Origin: Tubiluchus corallicola
Lineage: Eukaryota; Animalia; Priapulida
Direction: 5' to 3'
Length of the DNA: 64,000 nucleotides
NCBI GenBank assembly: GCA_030141605.1
Contig: JAQGDQ010000421.1
Span: forward strand, 62,001-126,000
Shown here: piece by piece, positions 1 to 13,700 of the stretch
Layout of the letters: every line of letters begins with the position of its first letter
How positions within the stretch are numbered: position 1 is the stretch's first letter
Notes under the pieces: generated by a model
Told to the model about the DNA's origin: nothing
Database searches by the model: none
The model's input: the letters and a program-made list of their open reading frames with translations, nothing else
Position numbers and translations under genes: made by a program

Positions 1-1277
1 ACTTTACACTATAATAGCCCACAACAAAGGACCTTCAATTCTGACCTGGCTTCTCACAGCTCACGTTACACATGTTTTAGCAGCTTTACAACCAGTATTC
101 AACTCCTGATCCTGTTTCGCTTTCTTCCTAAGGTGCAAATCCACACTAGTTGAAGTCATCATGTTTTATCGATTCAGTATTACTTTTAAATAATTTTAAA
201 AGAACTAACTCTTACTATTGCTTGCTGTTTTTTTAAATACTAATCCCATTTGGTGAACTGGCTCATTACGAGACTGCTCCAAAGCAAGAGCTACATACAT
301 AATAATGGTTAATAACCACCGGACCTGAAGCACTTCAATATGTTGGTTGAAAATGGTTTACTGAATTTGCCTACTGACTGACACTGTTACAATGGCTACA
401 TGGCGACCTCTTTGCCATTTCCACCAGGCACTTTTGGTGCAAGCCTTTCTCTTCTTAATATTGCCAATTTTTTCAAATCTACGTTTTTATCTTTATGGCT
501 TATTGTTTTTTTTTCTTGTTATTCGTTTCTTAACCACATCACTTTTGATATACGCTCAGAGTATTGGTATGATCACTATAGAAGTAATCATCACTTGTTG
601 TTGTTTCTTCCAATATTTCTATGCACTTCTAGCATAACAATAGATGCTTGGTTTTATTCTTCATTTTATCGAAGTAGCAAGCTGTATCTAATTTAAATTT
701 ATTTTCATAATTTGTTTTTACTGTAATCATATTAACTTTTTGCTCTGTTATTTCATGTGCAGTCTGCTCGTCACACCCTTCATTGTATCTCGTTGTTTTT
801 TCCACTGCCCTACTCTATTTCTTAGAAATCGTAATTTCATTTTTTTGATTTGACATTCAATAACTCATTTTTAACAAGTTTTGTATCGCTTCTTTAACTT
901 CTTTTTCCATCTAGATTTTTCCAATTTTAACTTGCTTTTTCCTATGTTCAAGTTACATGTACAAGTTTCTATATTGTTTGTCCAAGTGCTTGGCACATTA
1001 CTTTTTTGCACGTTCTGTTGCAGGTGACTCGCGATGAAATGTTAATTTTGTGATGTGCAGAAAAACAGTGGTAGTAGTTCAATTAAGCGTTGTTTCATCT
1101 GTTGTTTCATTGACCACATTCCACAAATCAGTAACATGTCCCAGTGACTTGTACCTATTAATTGTTTCAACATTCCACACATAATTTCTGATTATGTAAC
1201 AAATTTTAAACACGTCTGTATAATTACATATTGCATAAGGTATATTTGTTAATTGTTTTTCATTTTATTTTTTATAG

Positions 1278-1426
1278 GCTTTGTGCTTCACGCATTTATA
1301 AGTTTGGATGGTAGTCCACATCAGTTCAAGAAACTAAACTCGGCATTAACTTCTCCAATTTCCACAGAAGAAGAAATCAGCACTATGGCTGCAAACTTTG
1401 ATCATAAGTCTTTTATGATGCATTAA
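1278..1426 (+). CDS. Probable terminal coding exon of an upstream gene (product unknown)
   Basis: Pyrimidine-rich acceptor ttttattttttatag at 1263-1277, then an open phase-1 frame (FVLHAFISLDGSPHQFKKLNSALTSPISTEEEISTMAANFDHKSFMMH) ending in TAA at 1424-1426. Family not recognised. Confidence 0.45.
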
Positions 1427-3092
1427 TTGTTATTTTATTCTTTTTGTTCAAGTAGCTAAAACAAATAATACTCAAGTCATTTCCCCCCTTTCTTTCATTA
1501 CTCAAAAATGCAACGTTTAACTGTAATTTTGTATCAGTGTACTTCTATTTAATTAGTTGGCTAACTTACCTATGTAATCCAAATTATGCCAAAAATGTTA
1601 ATTATTGTTACTACTAACACTGAAAATTACCTTTTAAACAAAGCTTTTATGAATTAACTTTATTTGCATGCACTGTTTGACATGTATGTACTGTGTTTTG
1701 CCAATGTACATTATATTTATGTATTTGAGCAATAAATTGAAATTGAAATGGACTTATGATTTCCAAGGCCTGAATAGTCATTGTTTCATAAAGTAATAAT
1801 CTAGCTTTCATAACACTGATCACCTACTTAGCTTTGTCGCCCCAACTCATAATTTCGCTTTTCATGTAGCTGATTTTCTCGTTTCTATATCAGTCTGAAA
1901 AGAATGCAAGTACTTTTTGCCGTCTGGCGGCGTTTCGAAAAAATTCGTAAACCAGTTTTCAACTTCGGGAATGTTACTGGGTAGGCACGGACGTTGAATT
2001 AGTATGATTTTTAGTATTTTATTAAGTTGTTTACTTCAAGAGTACTGTACACCTAAAAAATTAATAGGCGCTATTTGTTTGTATTTCCAATGTCTAAATA
2101 GGCAAAGCAAACAGAGTTTCTGCTATCCTGTGAGCTATAAACTACAGTGCTATTACTAGGTTTGCCAGTTAATTACTCAGCTTACTAGTAATAGTAGTAA
2201 CATGCTGTACATAACTGTAAATTACAGTCGATTGTTATTTATTTAATTTGTTGATTACAAAAGATTTATTTTGTTAAATGTTATGTTTAACTTTAATTCT
2301 ATTTTCATATTTTGGTTTGAACAGCTGCTTATTTTTTATTAAGTTTTACGCCTGTTGTTGACACTGCGCACATTAGCCTATGTTTTTTACGTAGCAGTAG
2401 CCTGCTTCAACCATGACAGTAAAAATAATTCATGATACCATAGATGCGAATTACTTTGAAGCTAAGACAATATAACCAAACAAGGAAAACAGTGCAAAGA
2501 TGTATTATCTACAGACAGCCTGAAAGAGTTTCATTTCAGCTGTTTATGTTTAGTTGCTACATCATGCACCAGTGTTAGCATGAAACAATGTGATTCTCAA
2601 GCAAGTATAGGCGTTTGATTAGCTGCTTGCTTTTTTTGGTAAAAAACAACCTGTTATTGCTTCCTTGAAGGTTTTCGGTTAGTGCAATATTCCACAATGT
2701 GTTGATAATTTTAGACAACAAATTAAATTGGGTTCAAGTTGTCTTAATGTTCAGAATCCCTTTCATTTAGAAACACAATGTTTAATGCAGCAGCTGATTT
2801 CTCTTGGAGAAATAAATTTACATGGGGAAATTTTAACAAAATGTTTCTAAAATAAAGCAGATAATTGAACAAAAAACTTCATGCTAAGCTGGTCGGTATA
2901 TATATATATATATGTACAGTTCACACATGTTTGCAAACATCTAGTTCTTTTTGTGTAGTATTTATTTCATTCATCAGATGACCTTGTTGAGAACCATAAA
3001 TTATCACTATGAAATACGTGTATTTATTGAAGCTGGATAATATTTACATTAGGGAATGCTACACACTTATTATGTATAGAATATATTCATAT

Positions 3093-4318
3093 ACAGTGAG
3101 TACCATTTATTAGACTCATGGTTAATAGAATCAGTCGCCTGATTGGCTCGAAATCATGATATGTGCTGCTCTTATGTAAATGTATGTAAAAACTGTCTGC
3201 AAATATTTCAAATAACTCTGCCGAATTGACTCAATATTTTTGCTTCACATACTTCAAATAAGACACTTGTGTGACACCAAAGAGACTTCACTACTTTTAT
3301 GTCACTTTTACATCGCTTTTGTACACTATAATGCACGCAGAAGTGATTGTGTTAAGTACGTTTATCATGCGCTGGTATGTTAACGCAGTGTTGAATCGGT
3401 CATCGAGTCATCTGCTGCAGTTAACCTTATCCAAAAAATTATGGAAACCAAATTTTTTTATCAAATCTTAGCCGTTTCCTTTTAAAGCTATTGCTTCTTT
3501 TCACGGAACATTTAAATCAGTTAACTTTTGCTGTTATGCCACCCATGCAGCGGGAATAATCCTGCAGTGTTCGTTATGACTTACAAGTGTAAATGTCACA
3601 GAGCAAATAAGAGAATCTGTAGAGTTCATTTTGAAAAGTAAGGTATAAAGCAATAAAGCGTAGAGGCCTAATATGTAAAGCTCTCGCATAGTGATAGGCA
3701 ATTTTGAAATTTTGCAATCGATTATAATCTTGTTCTTGTAATTCGATATCACGATTAATCTTTTACAATGATTTTTAGTGTTTTAGCCATATTTTTCTAT
3801 GATTGCATAGCTTATAACGTTCACAGCTTCATCAGTGTCTGCCATTTTTGTACTCGGGAACTATTTTCCTGCTTTTTCTTTAACTACTCTATGACAATGT
3901 CGCTACACATGTCATGTGTCAACATTTTTGGAGCCCAGAGCTTGCAACACTGTGGTTCACAATTGTGTGCATTGTGAAAGATAAGAAAATGAAGAAAAAT
4001 GCGATGATTCTGTTTATTTGTGCTAGCATACTCCCTTTTAGTCATGTGTAACACGTATATTTTGCTCTCGATTAATCATGATTAATTGAATTACTGTTCA
4101 GTCGTCGAATAACTCGATTTATACTTGTCTGTAATCGCGATTAATCTATTAATCACCCATCACTACGCTCGCAGCCTTTCCAGTGCATACAAAGCTGAGG
4201 CGTGATGACTCAACTTCTCTACTGTAATACTACACTTGTCAGCTAATAGTTTCAGTTGATTAACTGGGGTCAAAACACTTACCTCCCAAAGTGAGTCTAT
4301 TAACCAGTGCCTCTTGTA
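3093..4318. mobile_element. Tc1/mariner (pogo/Tigger-like) non-autonomous element, degraded, with a nested TAGTGAT-ended MITE at about 3689-4164
   Basis: Ends tacagtgagtaccatttattagactca... and ...gtgagtctattaaccagtgcctcttgta match, in reverse orientation, the ends of the better-preserved copy at 41738-42541. Nested inverted ends tagtgatagg / cccatcacta. Confidence 0.6.
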
Positions 4319-4770
4319 TTAAAGATCATTTGAAGCCGCTTATTTGTTTTTGTCATTGTGCAACAGTTTTTTTATCGTATAATTTTTTTATACATTGATT
4401 AACTTGTTTTTTAAACTGCCAATGTTCTTGAATGTATTATTAGTGCAATAAAGCGAAGTGAATTGATTGAAGGGAGAATGCTGATGTCACATGCTATTCT
4501 TTGCTGGTATAAAAGCAAACGGTTGCATGTTAATGCTAAATATGGTGGTAAATATTAAACAGCTTGCTGCTTTTTTATTACTACTTGTTCATACCAGCCA
4601 TCTGGCCAGTTTTCCTGACTTGTTTTATCTCATTGTTGTTGTTTTTTTCTATTTTCCATCAAGTGTTTACAGGGCTTTATTCAGTATGGCACAAAATTTT
4701 GTTTGATCTTCAGTGACATTTTTTTAAACTTGTGTTATTCAATTTTTAGATGTTTTCTTTCTGAACTGGA

Positions 4771-7700
4771 ATGAGTGAAGAAAATTCAAGTGAAGGACCT
4801 GTTCTACATGTTATTGTTGTTGGTTTCCATCATAAGAGAGGATGTCAGGTAATTTCTCGTATTTCTTGGGCTCATGATGCACGGCCGCCAAAATACACAA
4901 ATCGGCTGACGTCGGACGTGATAAAATGACCGTCCAAATTAGACTACATTAATTTCAAATCAAACATGATACATGGAATTTATTTTCGTAAATTATTAAA
5001 TTAATGCTTTGCCTTAGAAGTTAGATCTATTTGAAGTCTGTAGCAAAATCTTGGATAAAATAAATACATTTAATGTAATCGAATGTTTATGTGTTATTTT
5101 TGCAACGTCTTGGTTGGTTTTTGAGATGCTTCAATTATTTTTTATTCTTTTGATGTAACTTTTTGTTCAATGTTTTTAGGTGGATTATTCTTATCCACCA
5201 TTAATCAAAGGTGAACCAGTGAACAGTAACAAGCTTCCTCAAGAGTGGAAGAACCTTCCTTCTTTAGCTCTTCCAGATGGAGCTCATAACTTTCAAGATG
5301 ACACCATATATTTTCATCTTCCATCATTACTGAATCCTCGTCAGACTGTCTTTGGTGTGTCCTGTTACAGGTAGGTGTGTGTATAGGTCTTTCGGAACTA
5401 ATTGTGTTCTTATGGTAATAGTAAAATTGAATGTTGTGAGTTATTGTGGCTGCAGCAGCAGTGATGATAAGGACAACATCCATCTTGTTGAGAGCAAGTA
5501 AACTTACAAAATGTTGTTCCTAGAATTATAATTTCTGATTCGGAATAGTGACCAAAAATTTCTAAAGATTAGGTGCACCCAAGAATTGTTTACAAAGCAT
5601 TTTGTGGAATAATGTTGAATAATTTGGTTCATCAGAAACAAATCACCTGCGTTTTGTGGTAGTTTAATCACATATTGCACTTTGAACATTACCTGATATA
5701 TGGTCTTTTATTTCCAATAACTTTCAATGCTTTGCATTCTGGGACAGTGGCATCTGTGATCTTATTCTGGAATAATTATGTTTGGAATAGTCATGCATTA
5801 ACGTCATGTTAATAAGTCTATACTTCATTTTGGACGAGTTGCTAATCGTCAATACAACAGTCAGATTTGCCATACAGATTAGCGAAGATGTGCATGAACG
5901 ATAGTTTTAACTGTGTCAACAGAGAAATATTTTCTTAACTACAAATATTTATAATTAGCTGCTTTTTAAATATCTTTTCCATATGTTGTCCAAATGATTT
6001 CCTAAAAATTAATACATTCAGATAGCCTAATTGTTATATTGGACATTTTAATTGCTACAGATTTTTGCCCCAGTTTTGCTACAATTCATTTTCAGTCTGT
6101 TTGGTGAATTTCAGACATTATCAATAAGTATAATTATTAAATTTATTGAAATTAGAACTGTTTGCTGTGTTCCTAAAATGTGCCAGCATTTATGTATATT
6201 AAGGCTAGTTATTTTGAATATTAAGGCTAGTTATTATTTTGCATATTCGTTCCACTTTTGAAGGTGAAATAGACTTTCCGTGGCAGAAGCGGGTACAGTT
6301 AAGTCTTTGCTTTTGTTAAAGCTCCAAAAATCATCTTAGAAGTCGATTTAACTGTGCAATAAAATAAAGTATGTTAGTTTAGTTGGATTTATATGCGTCT
6401 TTGAAAAATCTGGTGAAAAGTATAGCAGCTGAAGAAAATGGTGCAAATTTTCAGGCAAATTGCCGCCGATAACTTGAAAAACAAGGGAGAGGATGTAACT
6501 AGGGCATCTGTGCAGAAATCAGTGTGCGTTATTGCAACTGTTCCACTATATGGTGTCATACAGGCTAAACTGGAACTCATTACGTCTGCATATTTTGAAG
6601 AAAGAGATTTTTCTCAGGTATTTAGAATTTTTGTTTTCCTAATCAATTTAATTTCTGTGAAGAAAGCAAGAATTTCTAGTGTTACAGCATAAAAGTGTCC
6701 ATTTTTTTACCTTGGGGGTTGTTGTAAACTTTCTATAACGATTTATGCGATGTACTAGAAATTGGCACCTTAGCAATTGCACATCATTTTTCCAACGAAT
6801 ACTTCTATGTTTTGCATTTGTGCTGCAAAATTTGTTTGTCTGCTAAAATATTGGGGCCATTACATTTAAAGGACATTTTGTAGTATGCATTTTTTCAGTA
6901 AAAAATGATTTGTTTCTATATAAGATAATTTCATTTGGTTGTGGTTTAGCCATTTATATCATGTCATTAGTCTTGATTGTTCAGGAAATTGTTCTAACTT
7001 AATCAGGTCGAAAATAGGGTAAGCTATATTACTATGGTCATATTTATTGTATTAACTCCATGCAGTAATATTTATATAATCATTTCAGTAACTATCAGTA
7101 GAAAATTTCTGTTTAGTACTAATCTATTGTTTTAGGTGAAGTTACTAGAAGATACTTACTCCAGTCTGAACACATCGTTGACATCCAGCATTATAGAAAC
7201 TCAACTCTTTTTTGGCTTGTCTCCTCATGATCTTATTCTTCAATATAGACACAAAGTTCTCATCTTGTTTAAGCTGTTACTGTTGGAACGAAAAGTTCTG
7301 TTCTATGGCACACCAGTGAAAACCCTCTCGACGGGTATCGCGACGCTGTTGTCTTTATTTCCGGGAATGTTAGAGTGCGGCTTAACCGAAGCCGTATACT
7401 ATCAAAATGAGGTAAATCGCAATTTGCTAAATGAGATAACGGATGAAGCAGAGGAAGCTTTGGAAGCGAATTATGAAATTTGCTGTGAGCAAGACATTAC
7501 TGAAAGCAGCGCAGCTAGTGAACAAGTATCAAATGAACAATTGCCAGAAAATGATGACTTACAAATCCTGGATTCGGATGACGTAAGTGAATGTGTTGTT
7601 GATAATGTCTTTGATACGTGTTCGTCTGAATACTGTATCATAGCAGATGGTGATGATGGAGAAGAAACAAACTTGAACTCAGCTTTAAATATTTTACAGC

Positions 7701-10700
7701 ATTCCACGTTAAGTGATATGGACGGTTGTCATTTGCACCAGTATTTAAGTGAACGTGGGCAAATGCATGGTGATATTTCTAAAGGTGCGCAAGATAAAAT
7801 TGATACAGTAGATTCAACAAGTAATAGTAAGCCAAAAAATAGTGTGAAATCAGAAACACGTAAGACAAATGCAGATAAGAAATGCCTTGATTTAAATGAC
7901 ATCAAGTCAGTTCTTGACGATAACAATGAAGAGGATGAAAAGAAGGAAAGATTTGGTTCTTTGTCTGATGAGTCTTCCCCGCCTGTAGTCATATCCAGGC
8001 AAAGAATTTCTTCTCAACGTAGTGGTGTCGTGTTTGACCATGTCAATGATCTTAGCAAACGTGGTGCTGTCATGTTCCCATTTGGCTGCCAAGACGAAGC
8101 TGTTGAGAACAATCCCAAAGAAATTTTTAAAACTGAGGCAGACAAAGACTGCGTAGTGGTTTCACCTGACGGTGGTGATTGTGAATATTTGGCTGCCGGT
8201 GATAAAACTTGTGTGAATGAAAAATTAGAGGATCAGCCAATGGATGAAGAAGCTTCATCTAATTGTAAGTATTAAACTTTGTTCGCTTGGACAAGTATTT
8301 TATATTGTGTAACTTTGATAAAACGAGTTCTTGTGCGGTTGTTCAGTTTAGTATGTTCAAATTTGAATCTTTTCCATCTTTTTGTTTTGTGGTTTTAGGA
8401 TCAAGGATCAACAGTAAAATACAATCTGTAATTTGCACTTTAAAAATTAATTAACTTTCATGGTGAAACTTGTAACTTCTAAGAGTTTCTTGCTTGTTAT
8501 TATTTTCGTGTGTTTACTTAAGCTTGAAGGCTTCTAATATTTAACTTTCATTTCTGAAATTTATTTTGTAGGACAGCTAATCCATTAGTAATGCAAACAT
8601 TTTTATGTCTAATCTTTTACATGGATACAGGTAGCAGTACAAAGAAGTGTATTTTTGTTATGATTAATTGATTTTTCACACTGGTTTTTACCACAAGTGT
8701 ACTGTTGCACTGTGATTGCCTCATGTGTTGAAAGAGAGTGGAAAATATTATTAATGCTACTTGTAATTTAGTAATGTTAAACTGATTTTTGGCAATGTGG
8801 TAACAATCGAAACAAAGTGGCATACGTACAAATTTTGCAGTAATTTTTAGTTACATGTACCATTTGACTGGACAGCATTAAGTGGAAAACCATATCTTTA
8901 CTATCCGGTTATTTCAATATGAAGTATTTCAATATGTCGTTTTATCTTTTTTTAAAGCAAAACCAGACCCAATCTTGAACTGTAGGTCAAAATAACCTGC
9001 TCTTTAAAATATTGAAAGGAAACATACTATTTTTTCAAAAATTAATTATGGGAAAGAAATATTACCACACAAACGCAATTTCGCATTTGCGCCACTAGTT
9101 CTTTGCCATTACATACATTTCGAAATTCACTAGTTAGACGTTCAATAGTGCCTGCTTTTCGGAAATGCATTGCACAAAAAACAAGTGCTCTATCTGTCAT
9201 TTCAGTTTGTGACAAACTATATACATTCGACAACTTATGTGTGAGCACAGCGGTAAATTCAAAATTTGAATTTTATCTTAAAACTTGCCAAGTTTTAGTA
9301 CAACACACTGAATATCCCAGTTCGTCAGAAACTAGCACTTCTGAACTGAGAGGTACAGCACCTGTTTTTACACAATACGTTTCCGAAATGCAGGCACTAG
9401 AGCGCGTCTAACTAGCGAATGGCGAAATGCGTGTAAGAATTATTAGCATTTTGTAGCAGGATTGTTTACTTTTCTTTTTTTTATTTTGTTCCATCTATTA
9501 CATTTAGGTCCTCTCGAGCCTGCTATAGATTTCATTGTTGAAGATGCCAGAGCTAATTTGCAGTCAATAGATGATGTGACTTTAGAAAAAGCCATTGAAG
9601 CTGCCGAATTTGAAATATCTAGTCCAAGTATGAAAGCAAGTCTAGCGTTTCAGTAATTTCATGCTTAATACAGTAGTGTGAAATTATGTAAAGTATTAAA
9701 TATTCCACTGATACCTTTAAAGTACTTAATTAGCATATATGAACACTTTAGTAGGTATACGTAAACCCCTTTAATGTAGCTTGGTAATACTTTAGTCAAA
9801 ATAAACTGCATATTTATTAATAGAAGATCGTCAGTGATGAAATGTAATCACTCATATTTTTGTGCTTGCATTAACAAGCATTTCATTAAAAGCAAATATA
9901 ATAACATATTCAGACTTTATTTGCTTATATTTCAGATAACTTTTCACAGACCAGTAGTGTTTGGGATACTAGCTGGGAAAATAAACAGTTCCTACATGAA
10001 ATTGATGAGGTACGTTTATAATTTAAAAGTTACCGGAAAGATAAATTGACGTCTGATTCTGTGCATTATCTTAAAAAGTTCACTTTCTGGTCTTTGTTTT
10101 GTCACATTAGATTTTAAATTATATCCTTTTTGGTGCGTTTGTATTTTTTCTGTACAATTTTTTTGTAATTCTCGCTTACTATTGAATTTTTATATTACTG
10201 TGATACAACTTAAATAAAATCGATATTATTGGCACCAATGCATTCCTTACGATGGTTTCATGACATTAGAAATGGAACCGTTTTGATGTTTGTTGAACAT
10301 TTCATCATTTTGCAGCAGGAAACAAGTTACCTGTGTCCTGTGAGCAGCATAAGTTACTCAACACACATTGCCTGTTAGTGTCTTCTAAATGTGTTATCAT
10401 TTTTTGTTACCAAGCAAAGTGCTTTCTGTTTCTCTGTTTTGCTTTTTCTGTGGTGAACTGTCAAAATACAGTGTTCCCTCGCTACTTCGCAGTTCGTTTA
10501 TCGCTGACTCGCTGTTTTTCTTAGGTTTTCAAATTATATAACAATAATATTTCCGTTTCATGAAAATAAATGTAAATTACTTTCATTTGGTCTTTTCAAA
10601 CCCCGCAACAGGTCATCAAGACACCTCAGTATGCAGATACACAAGAAATGGCTGGAACAGCAAAACATTGAATGGCTACGTGAGAAAGTTTTTTGTAAAC

Positions 10701-13700
10701 ACAGACGGAGTCTTGTATGCTAAAGTGACCATTTTGAGCTAGTAGCTCGGTCCCAAAACCAACATATACGCCTACATATACATATATTCTTGTAAATATA
10801 GTACACTAAATCATTTAAGTGTTGTGCTAGCGCCACAAATAGCAGTGCTTAAATAGAAGGGAACACGATATACAGTGTACCCTCGCTATTTCGTGGTTCA
10901 TTTATCGCGGACTCGCTGTTTCGTGGGTTTTCAAAAATATGAATGTAAAACATTTATCGCGGTATTTTCGCTGTTTCGCGGGTTTCTGCGGTACTCCATT
11001 TAAAGTATTTTTTCACATGCGTAGTACGTATTGTACAGTAATGTATAGAGTTGATGAATTTTGCATAAAAAATCACAAAACGTATAAAAATATATTAAAA
11101 ATATTAATTCTAACATTAAAAGAATATTATAAATCATAAAAAATTACCATTTACAGTAAATAGTGTAAATAGGCTATAAGGGACATCGGATATAAGGGAC
11201 GGTTTTTTCCGGTCCCGAGGTATCCCTTATATCCAAGGTTGACTGTGCTGCCTACTCTGGAACTGCAAAAAAGTTGGTGTCATAGCGAGTTTGGCATTAT
11301 AACGAGATGCATTAATACATGCGTGTCTATGCGAATATAAAGTTTTTGTTTTGCCAAAAATTTGGGCTTTAAGCAAGGTTGGCATTGTAAAGGGGGCGTT
11401 ATAATGAGGTTTAAATGTATAGTAACGAATGTAACAATGTAACAAATAGTAACATTGTAAGCAATTTGTTATTTTTAAGATTGTTACCTTTGTATATTCA
11501 TTTTATTTAGTGGTGCCCATTATTTGTCTCCACTTTTTTAGTTGTTATCATACTTTGTTGTAGGTGTTAAAGGGTGATTCACATGTAAAATTATCTAGAC
11601 CAGTGCGGTCTGAAAGTGAAACTAGTCTAAATACTAAACTTTCTGCCTACTCGCGCCTCGGGTCAATGCTTGGACGAGTGACTGGCTTTTCAAGTGGTAT
11701 GTAATAACACAGACAGTATGTAATGTACATTAATTAAAGTGCAGATAGTAAAACGAATTACTTTTACTAACATTTTAGATTCTATGCTTTTGTTAGACTG
11801 ATTCATCCTTAACATCTATACTGTGCAAAGACAAATTGTTTCGTTATTTAAAATTTTTAATTAAGAATCACTTTTAGTGACTAAAAGATATTTTTATATT
11901 ACTGGTGTACAATTAGTTAAAAAAATTAAATTTGTATCCTGTAGGTAACTCTTTGGACAGGTCCAGTGAAAAAGAGCCCGCTGAAGTTTCAACTTCAAGA
12001 ACTTTTACTGGTGAGTGCAGCTAAATGTAAGTCCTCTATCCTTAATGTATCTTTCGCTTTTATGTACACTGCCAATCTGTACATATTTATAATTTCTTCC
12101 TTAAAAGTCTTTACTGTTGTGTGCTCCTGAATATATTTTAATGCGTTTTTAGCTATTATGTACACTGCCAATCTATGTGTATTTATAATTTTTTCTGCAA
12201 AAATCTTAAGTGCTACTGAACATATTCAGTTTAATTTTAATGTTTCTTAAGCTATTGTGCACACTACCAATTTATTAGCTGTTAATGCTTACGTGTTGTG
12301 TTAATGTTTACAAGGTTAGCTAAAATGTGCTTGTACCGTTTCATTATACCCGTCGGGTACTCGGGTACCCGATTGTTAAGTACATCATCATCATATGCCT
12401 GTTACGTCTGTTGTAGACATTGAACAGGCAGAATTCTGGAATAAAACAACTGCCTTCAAGACAGGTAGACACAACAGTAATCCAGCAAAAGAATAGACAC
12501 TGCCATGCCTGTGGCTTGTCAGCACCACTTCCGATTTGTTAAGATTCATTGGCAGCAACCGTTTTATATTCGCAAATGAAAATAACCACTGGTGCATTTT
12601 ACTAACAGTTTTATCTTAGCGATAAACATTCAGTTATTACATGCTTAGGTCCTGAGAACGAGCTACGAGTCACAAAAGTTAGTCTTTTGCCACTACCTTA
12701 TCTCCCAGTTTTCTTAATTAATTGTATTGCGTGATTTCTCAGTGAAGCAGCTATAGAGTAGGGATGTGTCTATTATAACATAATTATAATATGTAATATA
12801 TTAGGGATATTGTAATATAATAATAAAAGGATTATAATAATCTATTGTGGTTTTTCTGTGTTGTTAAACTTAACAATCAGTTTGTTGGTATCATTGTTAG
12901 TGACCTGAAAGCTCTTTAAATGTTAATAAACCATTTCTTTTAAATAATTAACCTTTTTGTAAAGCTTGTTTTTGGTAAACTTTCGTAGGTCACCCCTTCA
13001 GCAAAAATGGTTCGATCTGCTATGCACTTGCAACTGATAGCGATATAATTGCTGAAGGTTTGCTAATGCTGAAATAAATTGATTTGATTTGCAATACACT
13101 ACATATTATACAGTGGTTCAAATCAATAGTGACTAATAATTTACTAACTTTAGGTTTAATGTGTTTGAGTGAAGGTTGGCTTTGTGCCAACACAGCTGTT
13201 AATAATCTGCTATTGTATTGTATCTATTGTACAGTACAAGTACGCCACAGAAAGTGACTTTTAATTTTTAAATGAATTCTCAAACAATGGATATCCTATT
13301 AATAACAATGTTTGCATTTTCATTGTCGGAATCGGGTAGAAATATTAGGCTTGGGTAATAAATAATGCGGGTAACTACCCGGGTACGCGACGAAAACACT
13401 AACATGTATACATAATATTGCGTTTCTTATAACTGTAAGAGCTTTTAGTTGTAGATGCTGCTGAAAACATTTCCCTTAATTTCTTCCTAATCATTAACAT
13501 TTAGCAGTTTTGGGAGGCATTTGCAAACTTTGGTCTCCGTCATATTTTTTTCTAGTAGTGAGGAAGTCGCATCTCCTGCCAAATAACAATTCTTATTACA
13601 TAAGAGTTGTTAAGCATATTTTTTGTTAAAATAGTAAAAAAATTATTTAACGTAAACGAATATTGCACACATTTATAATTTTGCAAATACGAGCTTGTCA

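Noticed and set aside
1-1200. Purine-rich minus strand suggestive of decayed retroelement coding sequence
   Set aside because: Many stops and frameshifts, and no motif I can identify with confidence.
9628-9641. Apparent GC-AG intron needed after AVL9 exon 9508
   Set aside because: A canonical GT donor at 9628 plus the 74-nt exon at 9936-10009 resolves the phase.
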